DNA of 64,000 nucleotides from the IMG/VR virus record IMGVR_UViG_3300032038_000003, positions 1 to 64,000 of that record; one strand, written 5' to 3'. The notes under the pieces are model-generated. The model made no database searches and was not told where the DNA came from. It saw only the letters and a program-made list of their open reading frames with translations. Position 1 is the first letter of the stretch. The number at the start of each line of letters is the position of its first letter. The stretch is from a virus. Its lineage: Duplodnaviria; Caudoviricetes. Of the stretch, positions 8,817 through 16,806 are shown in pieces. A program made the translations under genes and the position numbers.

Positions 8817-9307
8817 TTATCAAGCGAATTATGCAAGGTTCCAATCTGGTTACATTTTGCGATGTTAACTGTCCAAAGTGTAATCGGATTGCGAAGCTTT
8901 TAGATTATCATATCGATAGTAAAGAGGTTATAGAATGTCCAGTTTGTGGATATGAGCAAACATTGAATCGAGAAACTAATGAGACGCAAATCAGATATGG
9001 TTATGGCGTTCTTTATGCAGAGTTTCTCAATAAGCCCTTCATGTATGTAATCTTCGATGAACCTATCTCTAAAACGGACAAAGAGAACTTCTTGAAAATC
9101 TTCGATGATTACTTTTTGGTTAAAGAGAAATCGTATTTTTATCTCTATGAACCGCACACAGACGAATTAACTGTTCTAAAGGGTGTCATACCACAGACTT
9201 TTGATGATTATATAGATGAACAGCAACAACAAATGGACTATGAAAAAATGCTGTCTTCTTATAGATATCAATCTTTGTGCTCTGATGATTATGTACCCTT
9301 TGAATAA
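8813..9307 (+). CDS. Zn-ribbon hypothetical protein
   Basis: CPKC...CPVCG. Confidence 0.75.
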   Translation: MIIKRIMQGSNLVTFCDVNCPKCNRIAKLLDYHIDSKEVIECPVCGYEQTLNRETNETQIRYGYGVLYAEFLNKPFMYVIFDEPISKTDKENFLKIFDDYFLVKEKSYFYLYEPHTDELTVLKGVIPQTFDDYIDEQQQQMDYEKMLSSYRYQSLCSDDYVPFE

Positions 9308-9311
9308 GTCC

Positions 9312-9329
9312 TTTGCCCTATCGGGCAAA
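9312..9329 (+). promoter_or_regulatory. Hairpin promoter candidate 5
   Basis: TTTGCCC-TATC-GGGCAAA, AGAA at +12..15. Confidence 0.7.
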
Positions 9330-9376
9330 CGGAAGAACTATTAACCCTAATTTTTATGAAAGTGAGGTAAACGCTT

Positions 9377-9889
9377 ATGTTACAGGGTACTATTATCAGT
9401 GACGGAAACGCAACCATGAACAATGGATATACTATGGCACAGGAGACTATCAATGTAGAGCCTACTCCTTGTGAGCAGTGCATTCCCGAAAAAGAAGATG
9501 TAAAGGACTTTACCGCTCAGTTTAAAGGACTGTTCGACGCTTTTGCAGAACAGATACCGAACAACAGTCATGAGGCGAAGAGTGCGAAAGGCTTCTTCAA
9601 GAAGTTCAGCAACTATGTTGGCAGTAAGGATTTTGAGAACGCTGTCAACGAGAAAGCAAAGAAGTATAAGGTTCCGCCTAAGCAGATTGCAAAGAACTTT
9701 TTCCTTAAGGTTCTGGGTATCATCGGAGATATTCTGGGCATCGTTGTTAATACCGTATGCTCTATCGTTGATACAGCAGTTACTCTGCTTGCAACACTCC
9801 TTCATGGAGCAGTCGCAGTTATCGGTAAGGTTGGTAATGCAGTAGCGTCCGTAGTGACACTGAATCAGACCAACGCACAGGTAGCATAA
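9377..9889 (+). CDS. Hypothetical protein with amphipathic/hydrophobic C-terminus
   Basis: ORF with SD. Confidence 0.8.
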   Translation: MLQGTIISDGNATMNNGYTMAQETINVEPTPCEQCIPEKEDVKDFTAQFKGLFDAFAEQIPNNSHEAKSAKGFFKKFSNYVGSKDFENAVNEKAKKYKVPPKQIAKNFFLKVLGIIGDILGIVVNTVCSIVDTAVTLLATLLHGAVAVIGKVGNAVASVVTLNQTNAQVA

Positions 9890-9912
9890 TCCTTACAACT
9901 GAATAACGAGAT

Positions 9913-9930
9913 TGCGACCTATCGGTCGCA
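9913..9930 (+). promoter_or_regulatory. Hairpin promoter candidate 6
   Basis: TGCGACC-TATC-GGTCGCA, GATGAA at +9..14. Confidence 0.75.
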
Positions 9931-9961
9931 CGATGAATATAATAATATCTTTTCCACGCTT

Positions 9962-9977
9962 GCGACCTATCGGTCGC
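9962..9977 (+). promoter_or_regulatory. Hairpin promoter candidate 7 (tandem with 6)
   Basis: GCGACC-TATC-GGTCGC, GATGAA at +9..14. Confidence 0.75.
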
Positions 9978-10062
9978 TTGATGAATAATATTATTTATTC
10001 AAAACTGTAAACAAACCCTAAATTTTGCATCGTGCTTAAATGCACAGAAAGTGAGGTACACT

Positions 10063-10698
10063 ATGAGTATGAAAATTCACGCAATCGGAAGAACTGTTAA
10101 AATCCTTCGCCCTTATGCTGTAGAGCAGAAGACTGGACGCAACGGCGTTTTCGAGTCCAAGATGGTTATGTGGACTCTTGCAACAGACCGTGATTATCGT
10201 CAGGCTACTACTAACGCAGACGGTTCTGTAACCCAGGAGAGACACACCGACTTCTTCGCATGTCGTGCTACTGGACCTATCGCAGACCTCTTTGCGAAGT
10301 ACTGCAACGCAATGAAGAAGGATGAGAATGGCAATGATAAGCTGGTTTCTCGTCGTATTGCTATCGAGGGTCACCTTGAGAAGTACAACGCAACAAGAAC
10401 TGAACAGGTTCAGCTCAACAACGGTCAGATTATCCAGGTTACTCTTCCAGAAGAGAGAGAAGTTGTTGTCGTAGAGAACATTGAGTTCCTCGACGCTAAT
10501 CCTTCCAAGAGCAATGCTGGTACTACTGCTACTGCTACTATCGCACAGACAGTTGCTCCTGTTGCACAGACAGTTGCTCCTGTTGCACAGACAGTTGCTC
10601 CTGTTGCACAGACAGTTGCTCCTGTTGCACAGACAGTTGAGAGCATTCCTGTTGCTCCTGTTGCTAATGCTGTTAATGCTGAAGTTGCTCCTTTCTAA
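10063..10698 (+). CDS. ssb: Single-stranded DNA-binding protein (early copy) with AQTVAPV repeat tail
   Basis: LATDRDY..TDFFAC..IEGHL..VVVENIEFLD OB-fold motifs; C-terminal APF. Confidence 0.8.
   Translation: MSMKIHAIGRTVKILRPYAVEQKTGRNGVFESKMVMWTLATDRDYRQATTNADGSVTQERHTDFFACRATGPIADLFAKYCNAMKKDENGNDKLVSRRIAIEGHLEKYNATRTEQVQLNNGQIIQVTLPEEREVVVVENIEFLDANPSKSNAGTTATATIAQTVAPVAQTVAPVAQTVAPVAQTVAPVAQTVESIPVAPVANAVNAEVAPF
10543..10639 (+). repeat. Coding tandem repeat, ~4.6 x 21 bp
   Basis: GCACAGACAGTTGCTCCTGTT units. Confidence 0.95.
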
Positions 10699-10710
10699 TC
10701 AGCACAATCA

Positions 10711-10742
10711 AGGGGCGGTTGAAATAGACCGCCCCATTTTTT
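10711..10742 (+). terminator. Rho-independent terminator
   Basis: GGGGCGGT..ACCGCCCC + T run. Confidence 0.85.
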
Positions 10743-10811
10743 CAAACTCAATCGACATTTACTGGTTCGTGTCGATAAAAACAGAGGAACCTTTTAGCTC
10801 AATGAGAGAGC

Positions 10812-10907
10812 AGTCAATCACGCCACAAAGGGTGGACGCTATGCAATAATTAAGTCTAAAGAGACAAAGGCATAGTAGAAGTACGGTTCGACTCCGTTGA
10901 TTAGACT
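10812..10907 (+). ncRNA. tRNA-like RNA with expanded anticodon loop
   Basis: Cloverleaf-like pairing; canonical T arm ACGG-TTCGACT-CCGT. Confidence 0.45.
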
Positions 10908-11018
10908 TCATGGTTAATCCCATGTGATGTATACTCCTTCTCCTTTCTCCCACCCACAACGAGACGAAGCTCCGTTGTGGGTGGGAATATTTTTTTACGA
11001 AAGAGATGTTGCTTTATG

Positions 11019-11047
11019 TTGCATTTTCTGTTATTATTTTTTATAAT
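11019..11047 (+). promoter_or_regulatory. Host sigmaA-type promoter
   Basis: TTGCAT-17-TATAAT. Confidence 0.6.
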
Positions 11048-11093
11048 AACTGAAGTCAGACATGGCTTTTAAAAAATATAAGGAGATACGGCT

Positions 11094-11717
11094 ATGGATC
11101 AAAGTATGACAGACAAGGCTATTGAGAAGTTACGTGAAGACAAAGACTTTCAAAATGCCTTAAGTAAATACGAAGAAGCAGAGAAACGTTCGCAAGAATA
11201 CTCTGCAAAGATTGCCAAAGATATTGTTGACATCTTACATTTGGATGATTCAAAACAGACTATTGAAGAAGCACGATTTAATTTAGTTATTGCTCGTATG
11301 ACAGCAGCAAAGCTATTAGCTACGCTTTCAAGCTTCAGCTATATAGAGCAAGACTTTATGGATGCTCTTATTAGTGCAAGAAAGTTAGTTCAAGATGAAT
11401 TAGTTCCAATGCTTATGCAGAAAGAACCATGTGGTGAATGCGAAGCATGTAAGAACGGACATCCAGATCGTTGTATCAGACCGCATGTAAGAGAAAAATA
11501 TTGTGAATCAAGATTTTTACCTTTACTGTCAGATGCTCTTATTGAATATGACGCTTGGAGTGAGATATTATATAATAATATTCCATCTGATAAGCGTGAT
11601 ATAGATGTATTACAGGATATTAATGATGATTTCCAGAATACAGTTAATCAGACCAAGAAGAGACGTGGCAGACCGCCAAAGGTAAATAACGATAACAATA
11701 ATAAAGGAGGAGATTAA
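11094..11717 (+). CDS. Hypothetical protein with Cys cluster and AT-hook-like RRGRPPK
   Basis: Translation. Confidence 0.75.
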   Translation: MDQSMTDKAIEKLREDKDFQNALSKYEEAEKRSQEYSAKIAKDIVDILHLDDSKQTIEEARFNLVIARMTAAKLLATLSSFSYIEQDFMDALISARKLVQDELVPMLMQKEPCGECEACKNGHPDRCIRPHVREKYCESRFLPLLSDALIEYDAWSEILYNNIPSDKRDIDVLQDINDDFQNTVNQTKKRRGRPPKVNNDNNNKGGD

Positions 11718-11719
11718 CC

Positions 11720-12250
11720 ATGGCTTTAACACAAGAAGACAACATTCAGATGCAGAAACAGCAGAACGGCTTATTAAATATCGATGCTGTTAAGTATTAT
11801 TTTGAGAACTTAAGACCAGCACTTGAGAAGTTTAACAAGACTTATCATACTGATCGAGAGTTGAATCGTACAATCGTAGAGGTTATGAATAAGGCAGACA
11901 GTGCTGCAACTGAAAAGAGATATCATGACCTGGAAGATGCGTATGCTAATCTTTTATCTGGTGTACAGGATCGTTCTTATATGACTGCTGGGCCAATGAG
12001 ATATGGTACTGAAGCAGAGAAGCAAGCAGTTGTAGAACTTATTGAGAAGTTCAACGATCTTTCCGTAATATTAAAATACGAACGTGAACCAGCAACAGAA
12101 GAGCATTCCGTTCGTGAAAGACTCAACTATCAACCACCTAACGGTGACATTGAGGGATATAATCTTGATGATTTATCCAATAGAGGACCTAAAGAAAATA
12201 GAGAGCGTATCCCTAATCTTAATGTCGAGAAAGACAAATATGCTTATTAA
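11720..12250 (+). CDS. Hypothetical protein
   Basis: ORF with SD. Confidence 0.75.
   Translation: MALTQEDNIQMQKQQNGLLNIDAVKYYFENLRPALEKFNKTYHTDRELNRTIVEVMNKADSAATEKRYHDLEDAYANLLSGVQDRSYMTAGPMRYGTEAEKQAVVELIEKFNDLSVILKYEREPATEEHSVRERLNYQPPNGDIEGYNLDDLSNRGPKENRERIPNLNVEKDKYAY
12135..12146 (+). promoter_or_regulatory. Hairpin promoter candidate 8 (intragenic)
   Basis: CACC-TAAC-GGTG, G at +12. Confidence 0.45.
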
Positions 12251-12285
12251 GGATTAATACGCTCTGAATAATTAAGGAGGAGCGT

Positions 12286-13260
12286 ATGTTCGAAAATTTT
12301 GACCCACGAAATGATGATGATTTAAAAAGACTGTTTAGCTATCTTGAGAAAGATAAGTTTAACAGTCTTTCTTTTTCTGATCAAAACTCAGTTATTGATA
12401 CTTTAATCAGCATCTCTAATAAAGATTGTGGTGATTCAACTGTAAAGACAATTGGAATGATGAAAGGTTCCAATGGTTTCACCAATTTCGATCTTCAATC
12501 CATTATAGACAAAATGGGTTATGAACCTTTTAGAGAAATGATGCGTGAAGCTATTTCAAAAGGTGGACTTACAACCAATTCTGTCAATGCATCAGAAATT
12601 ACAAACCTTGTAGAGAAAATGAAAAACGGAACTCTTACTGAAAAAGAGAGAGAGGCACTTGATGCTATTATGAGCCATGAACATCTTCATTGTAACGATC
12701 AAGAAGACGTTCAGTTCTCTACATATTCTATCGTTCATTTGTATACTAACTTGTTAGATCAGTCAATCAAAGATAAGGAAGTTACTCTTTTAAGAGATGC
12801 AGAACCTTTTATCAATGCTGCGTATATTACATTATTAGCTTCGCTTATCTCTAAACCAGATAATGCAATCGGTAAAATGTTCGACAAGCATGGCTTTGAG
12901 AAAGTACAAATGGGTATCATTGATCTTACTGTTAAATTTTCAAATATGATTATTGATTACAGTAAGGATAATAATATTGCACCAGAAAGAACACTGATTG
13001 CATTGGCAAATGTAATTAAGATTCTTGCTGGTTCATTAGATACTTCATTAGATGCTTATCCAGATGATATGCTTGAAGATGTTTTATCTCATGTACTTGC
13101 TGCTGTTTATGATATTGATTCACCTTCATCAGTAGATGAATTACGAAAAGGTTCCAAAGACGATAAGGAAAACAATGATAGTACCAACAAATCGGCTAAC
13201 GCCGACAAAAAGGAATCTCAAAGTGATAAAGATATAAGAAAATTATTACTTGATGATTGA
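12286..13260 (+). CDS. Hypothetical protein
   Basis: ORF with SD. Confidence 0.8.
   Translation: MFENFDPRNDDDLKRLFSYLEKDKFNSLSFSDQNSVIDTLISISNKDCGDSTVKTIGMMKGSNGFTNFDLQSIIDKMGYEPFREMMREAISKGGLTTNSVNASEITNLVEKMKNGTLTEKEREALDAIMSHEHLHCNDQEDVQFSTYSIVHLYTNLLDQSIKDKEVTLLRDAEPFINAAYITLLASLISKPDNAIGKMFDKHGFEKVQMGIIDLTVKFSNMIIDYSKDNNIAPERTLIALANVIKILAGSLDTSLDAYPDDMLEDVLSHVLAAVYDIDSPSSVDELRKGSKDDKENNDSTNKSANADKKESQSDKDIRKLLLDD
13192..13205 (+). promoter_or_regulatory. Hairpin promoter candidate 9 (3' end of CDS, upstream of RNA region)
   Basis: TCGGC-TAAC-GCCGA, GGA at +12..14. Confidence 0.6.
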
Positions 13261-13292
13261 CAAAGTGTTATATGTAATTTAAAATAACACTT
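13257..13292 (+). promoter_or_regulatory. sigmaA promoter overlapped by AAGTGTTA/TAACACTT inverted repeat (possible operator)
   Basis: TTGACA-17-TAAAAT. Confidence 0.65.
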
Positions 13293-13381
13293 GCATACTT
13301 TTCAAGCCAACTTATCCTTTCGAGGATTTAGTTGATAGGTGAAAGTGGCGTATAGGAGTCCATCCTCTCTGTACGCTACAT

Positions 13382-13433
13382 CGGGGTGTGGCTCAGTTTG
13401 GCTAGCGTGTGAGTTCAAGTCTCACTACCCGCA
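13382..13433 (+). pseudogene. tRNA-Pro-like remnant lacking the whole anticodon arm
   Basis: CGGGGTGTGGCTCAGTTTGG joined almost directly to T arm GTGAG-TTCAAGT-CTCAC. Confidence 0.6.
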
Positions 13434-13553
13434 CTAAAGTAATAAGTCAAAAACAGTTTGTAGAACAAGGATCGCAACCTTGGCTGGGCTGGAATATACT
13501 ACATCAAACCCCGATTGGGTAGGTCATTCCAGCCTTTCTTGTTACTTTTAATT

Positions 13554-13571
13554 TGCGACCTATCGGTCGCA
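13554..13571 (+). promoter_or_regulatory. Hairpin promoter candidate 10, upstream of large ncRNA
   Basis: TGCGACC-TATC-GGTCGCA, GGAA at +12..15. Confidence 0.75.
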
Positions 13572-13596
13572 TAATGGAATTTAGAGTTACTATTTT

Positions 13597-14331
13597 CTAT
13601 AAGGTATATACACTACCCTAGTGCAGATTGACTAATCATCATGCTAGGATATTGTCCAGACGCACGAACGAAAACAGAAGGATACTTTTGTTACCGAGTC
13701 GTTATGCGATGCTATAAGAGCTTGCTCGAAGGCGGAACATTGAATGGGGAATCCCAAAGTATTGGACGGTAGTGTATTTATATCGAGAGCGTTAGTGTGA
13801 CATGCTTGTGGTTGTCGTAATAGGAGTGAAAAGCGTTCATCGGTGTCTGCTTGCAGATGCTTATGGATGAATCTGTAACTTAACGCAGATATACTCTACC
13901 TTGATAACTCACCAGTCTGGTAAACTGGGGGAGTATTAGAAGTTCAAGGAAACACCAAAACCAAGACAATTCGCCGTGAACCATAGTAATATGGGTATAA
14001 CGCAAGCATAAGTCGCAAGTAGCCCAAGGCGAAAAAAACTTTCATAATGCTTCATATAGGAAAAATATGAAAAATTGAAAATCTGAATGATTTGGGTGAA
14101 AGCTGGGGGTATCAATCCCTCATGAGTGGTTATAGTATGTAGGTAGCACCACCCTTGCTTCGGCATGAGGTAGGAGCACCACTGCTATACATGGGAAAGG
14201 CTTCGGCTGATTACTGGTGCAAGAAGTTATAGGGTAGCTCCTTATAGCTCAGACTTGTATCCTCATTCGCATAATAAACATGGTTGATATAATTGTAAGG
14301 TGAACAAAAGCCTAGTGTGTATACCTTATAG
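13597..14331 (+). ncRNA. Large structured ncRNA, ROOL-like
   Basis: 19-bp closing helix 13597-13615/14313-14331; no credible ORF; many hairpins; adjacent to tRNA. Confidence 0.65.
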
Positions 14332-14431
14332 AGCGTAGTAGCTCTGATGGTTTTTTGGTCAAACCAATACCTCTTACTTCTGTGGGGAAAACAGAGGCGT
14401 AAAGCGGTGCGAACGTTATCGCATCGCATTT

Positions 14432-14503
14432 GGTCGGTTGGTCAAGCGGTTAAGACATTGCCCTTTCACGGCAGTAACACGAGTTCAAATCTCGTACCGA
14501 TCA
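14432..14503 (+). tRNA. tRNA-Glu(TTC)
   Basis: Full cloverleaf, anticodon TTC at 14465-14467. Confidence 0.95.
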
Positions 14504-14539
14504 TTTCTCCTATCAGAGAAGGTTTATTTTTCAATTTTC

Positions 14540-14580
14540 AATCCCCAGTCCATAAGTTTTGGGCTGGGGAATTTTTATTT
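14540..14580 (+). terminator. Terminator after tRNA-Glu
   Basis: TCCCCAGTCC..GGGCTGGGGA + T run. Confidence 0.7.
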
Positions 14581-14595
14581 TGAGGAGGTTAATGT

Positions 14596-15780
14596 ATGAA
14601 ATACTATCCATTGGAATGTGTAGATAGAATGTTAGAAACAGAACCGCCAGAGAAAACATTACAGATGATGAAAGATAAAGATATGTGCGATCCAGATTCA
14701 ACTGTAGCTGACCTTGAAGATTATGCATTTGATTTATTTTTCTTTACACCAGAATATAAAGGAAAGTTTGAAAAGTGGAATAATGAAATCATGTATAATA
14801 CTATGGTAAACAAGCTTTTCTTTCCTATGTATTCTATGAAAGATTTTGATCAGCGTTCTACTGAGTGGAAAGATGTATTAACTACTAATCTTGTTTTATC
14901 TACATGGATGAAATTCAAAATGGTCTATAAAATAGATAATGATTTCTTTCATGAGATTAAACAAACAGAGAACCTTATTACATCTAAAGAAATGTTTGAT
15001 AAGTTACCATTCAAATGTTTCTTTATTGATCTTACTGAAGTAGATAATATAGCCAACTTTAAAGGTGCATGGGTATATATTACTACAGATGATATCCATG
15101 GTAATAAAGATTTCTATAGTGTTAATATCTATATGGTTCAGAATGATAACTTTACTTTCTTTACATATTATTCCTGGTATAAGTTTACAGAAGAACAACA
15201 GGAAGTAGAATGGCATTCAGATGATTTACCAAAATCAGATTTCATAGCAAGAACATTTGTAGGTGAAGATGATTTAATGACTAAAGACATTAGGAGTTTA
15301 TTAGATAATCCTACAGATTTTACTAAAGACGGTTTAATTGATGTTACTCTGGATATGCGAGATGAATATGATCCAAGAGAAAGTATAGTTGTATCAATCT
15401 TTCAAATTATGTCTTTTATTGCTATTGATGCATCTGATGTTAATGAAAATGCTACAACAAAATCAACATACAGACCACATAAAGAAGGTTCAAAGATCAA
15501 GAATAAGTTTTCTGAGATTCGTATGTGGGATGTTGGTGTTCAATATGGTAAAGCTATTCGTGTTGCAAAACGAGAATATAAAAAGCATATTGAAAGAGAG
15601 AATGATCCTGTTGAGAGTAAGGATCGTAAACCAGTAAGACCACATATCAGAAGAGCACATTGGCATAAATATCATGTTGGTGAGGGTAGAAAAGAAACCA
15701 AGACTTTATGGCTTGCTCCAGTATATGTATGTGGTAACGGTAAAGAAATTCCAGTAACGATTAGGGAGGTAAAGAAATGA
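14596..15780 (+). CDS. AcrVA2/FinQ-like protein (putative)
   Basis: C-terminal RPHIRRAHWHKYHVG..LWLAPVYV motif; LPFKCFFID. Confidence 0.55.
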   Translation: MKYYPLECVDRMLETEPPEKTLQMMKDKDMCDPDSTVADLEDYAFDLFFFTPEYKGKFEKWNNEIMYNTMVNKLFFPMYSMKDFDQRSTEWKDVLTTNLVLSTWMKFKMVYKIDNDFFHEIKQTENLITSKEMFDKLPFKCFFIDLTEVDNIANFKGAWVYITTDDIHGNKDFYSVNIYMVQNDNFTFFTYYSWYKFTEEQQEVEWHSDDLPKSDFIARTFVGEDDLMTKDIRSLLDNPTDFTKDGLIDVTLDMRDEYDPRESIVVSIFQIMSFIAIDASDVNENATTKSTYRPHKEGSKIKNKFSEIRMWDVGVQYGKAIRVAKREYKKHIERENDPVESKDRKPVRPHIRRAHWHKYHVGEGRKETKTLWLAPVYVCGNGKEIPVTIREVKK

Positions 15781-16049
15781 CAGGATATGAAAGAGATTTG
15801 ATCTATAAAGTATTACCAAGGCTAACAAATTCTATTGATAACCTTGCAAAAAAGATTGATAAACAGAATAGCGATAAGTTCTACCAAGCATTAGATCAGG
15901 CTGGTATTACTGTAGAAGATTTTACTGGTTATATCGGTGCAATTCTTGGTATGAATACTGCTGAAGATCCAGCAGATAATGACGCTTTATTAAAATCGTC
16001 TTGGGATTTTATGCAACAGTTATATGAAATAGCTGTCCAATGTTTATAG
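15777..16049 (+). CDS. Hypothetical protein
   Basis: ORF with SD. Confidence 0.7.
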   Translation: MTGYERDLIYKVLPRLTNSIDNLAKKIDKQNSDKFYQALDQAGITVEDFTGYIGAILGMNTAEDPADNDALLKSSWDFMQQLYEIAVQCL

Positions 16050-16126
16050 GAGGCAGTAAATGAGTAAGTATTATCTTAATACTTCTTGATATTCTTGCAA
16101 AGGACAAGAAATAATGTAATTTTATG

Positions 16127-16154
16127 TTGCATTTTTGCAGTAAAATAGTATAAT
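16127..16154 (+). promoter_or_regulatory. sigmaA-type promoter of tRNA cluster
   Basis: TTGCAT-16-TATAAT. Confidence 0.55.
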
Positions 16155-16216
16155 AAAGAAGTGATAACCGTATTGATTACGGTTACGAGACTGGTAGTAA
16201 TATCAGTCTCGCACAT

Positions 16217-16288
16217 TGGGGTATCGCCAAGCGGTAAGGCACAGGGTTTTGATCCCTGCATACGACAGTTCGAATCTGTCTACCCCAG
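16217..16288 (+). tRNA. tRNA-Gln(TTG)
   Basis: Cloverleaf; CAGGG-TTTTGAT-CCCTG. Confidence 0.95.
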
Positions 16289-16292
16289 CTAT

Positions 16293-16520
16293 GGCGTGAA
16301 AGTTGAGGAGATATGACGATCCTATGGAGACCATGGGCAAAGTAGAGGAGGAATTGATCCAATAGTACTTGCGGTTCAAACAAATGAAGCTATCTTATGG
16401 CTAAGACATTGTATTATCCTAGTGTAATGTATTCACTTAGGCGTAGCGTTGTAAGAAAGAATAAAGAAAGTAATGAATTTGTAATAACCTAGTGGGGTGT
16501 GAATCCCTACCACGTCACCA
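16293..16520 (+). ncRNA. tRNA-like RNA ending in T arm, acceptor strand and encoded CCA
   Basis: GGCGTG pairs with CACGTC-A-CCA; GTGGGG-TGTGAAT-CCCTAC. Confidence 0.45.
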
Positions 16521-16521
16521 T

Positions 16522-16594
16522 TCCTCAATAGCTCAATGGTAGTAGCGTCTGACTGTTAATCAGAAGGTTGTAAGTTCGAGTCTTACTTGGGGAG
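16522..16594 (+). tRNA. tRNA-Asn(GTT)
   Basis: Cloverleaf; TCTGA-CTGTTAA-TCAGA. Confidence 0.95.
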
Positions 16595-16674
16595 CTAACA
16601 TATTAAACAGAATATGTCGTGAGAGTTATTATATAACGTCGATGTAGCTTCATATATAGTTTAATATGTTTTAA

Positions 16675-16748
16675 GGACCATTAGCTCAGTTGGTTAGAGC
16701 AATCGGCTCATAACCGATCGGTCTTAGGTTCAAACTCTAAATGGTCCA
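16675..16748 (+). tRNA. tRNA with CAT anticodon, most like Ile2 (lysidine)
   Basis: GGACCATTAGCTCAGTTGGTTAGAGC body resembles Firmicutes tRNA-Ile2. Confidence 0.85.
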
Positions 16749-16806
16749 TTATTTTACTAATCATCATACTTAAGAAACTAAAAATTATCTCAAGGAGGTA
16801 AAAAAC

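Noticed and set aside
9358-10059. GAAAGTGAGGTA shared by two leaders
   Set aside because: Ordinary extended Shine-Dalgarno variant.
59-10639. CRISPR-like arrays from the repeats at 59-142 and 10543-10639
   Set aside because: Head-to-tail in-frame coding repeats without unique spacers.
16293-16520. Calling this element tmRNA
   Set aside because: Too short, no G3-U70 alanine determinant and no recognisable tag ORF.
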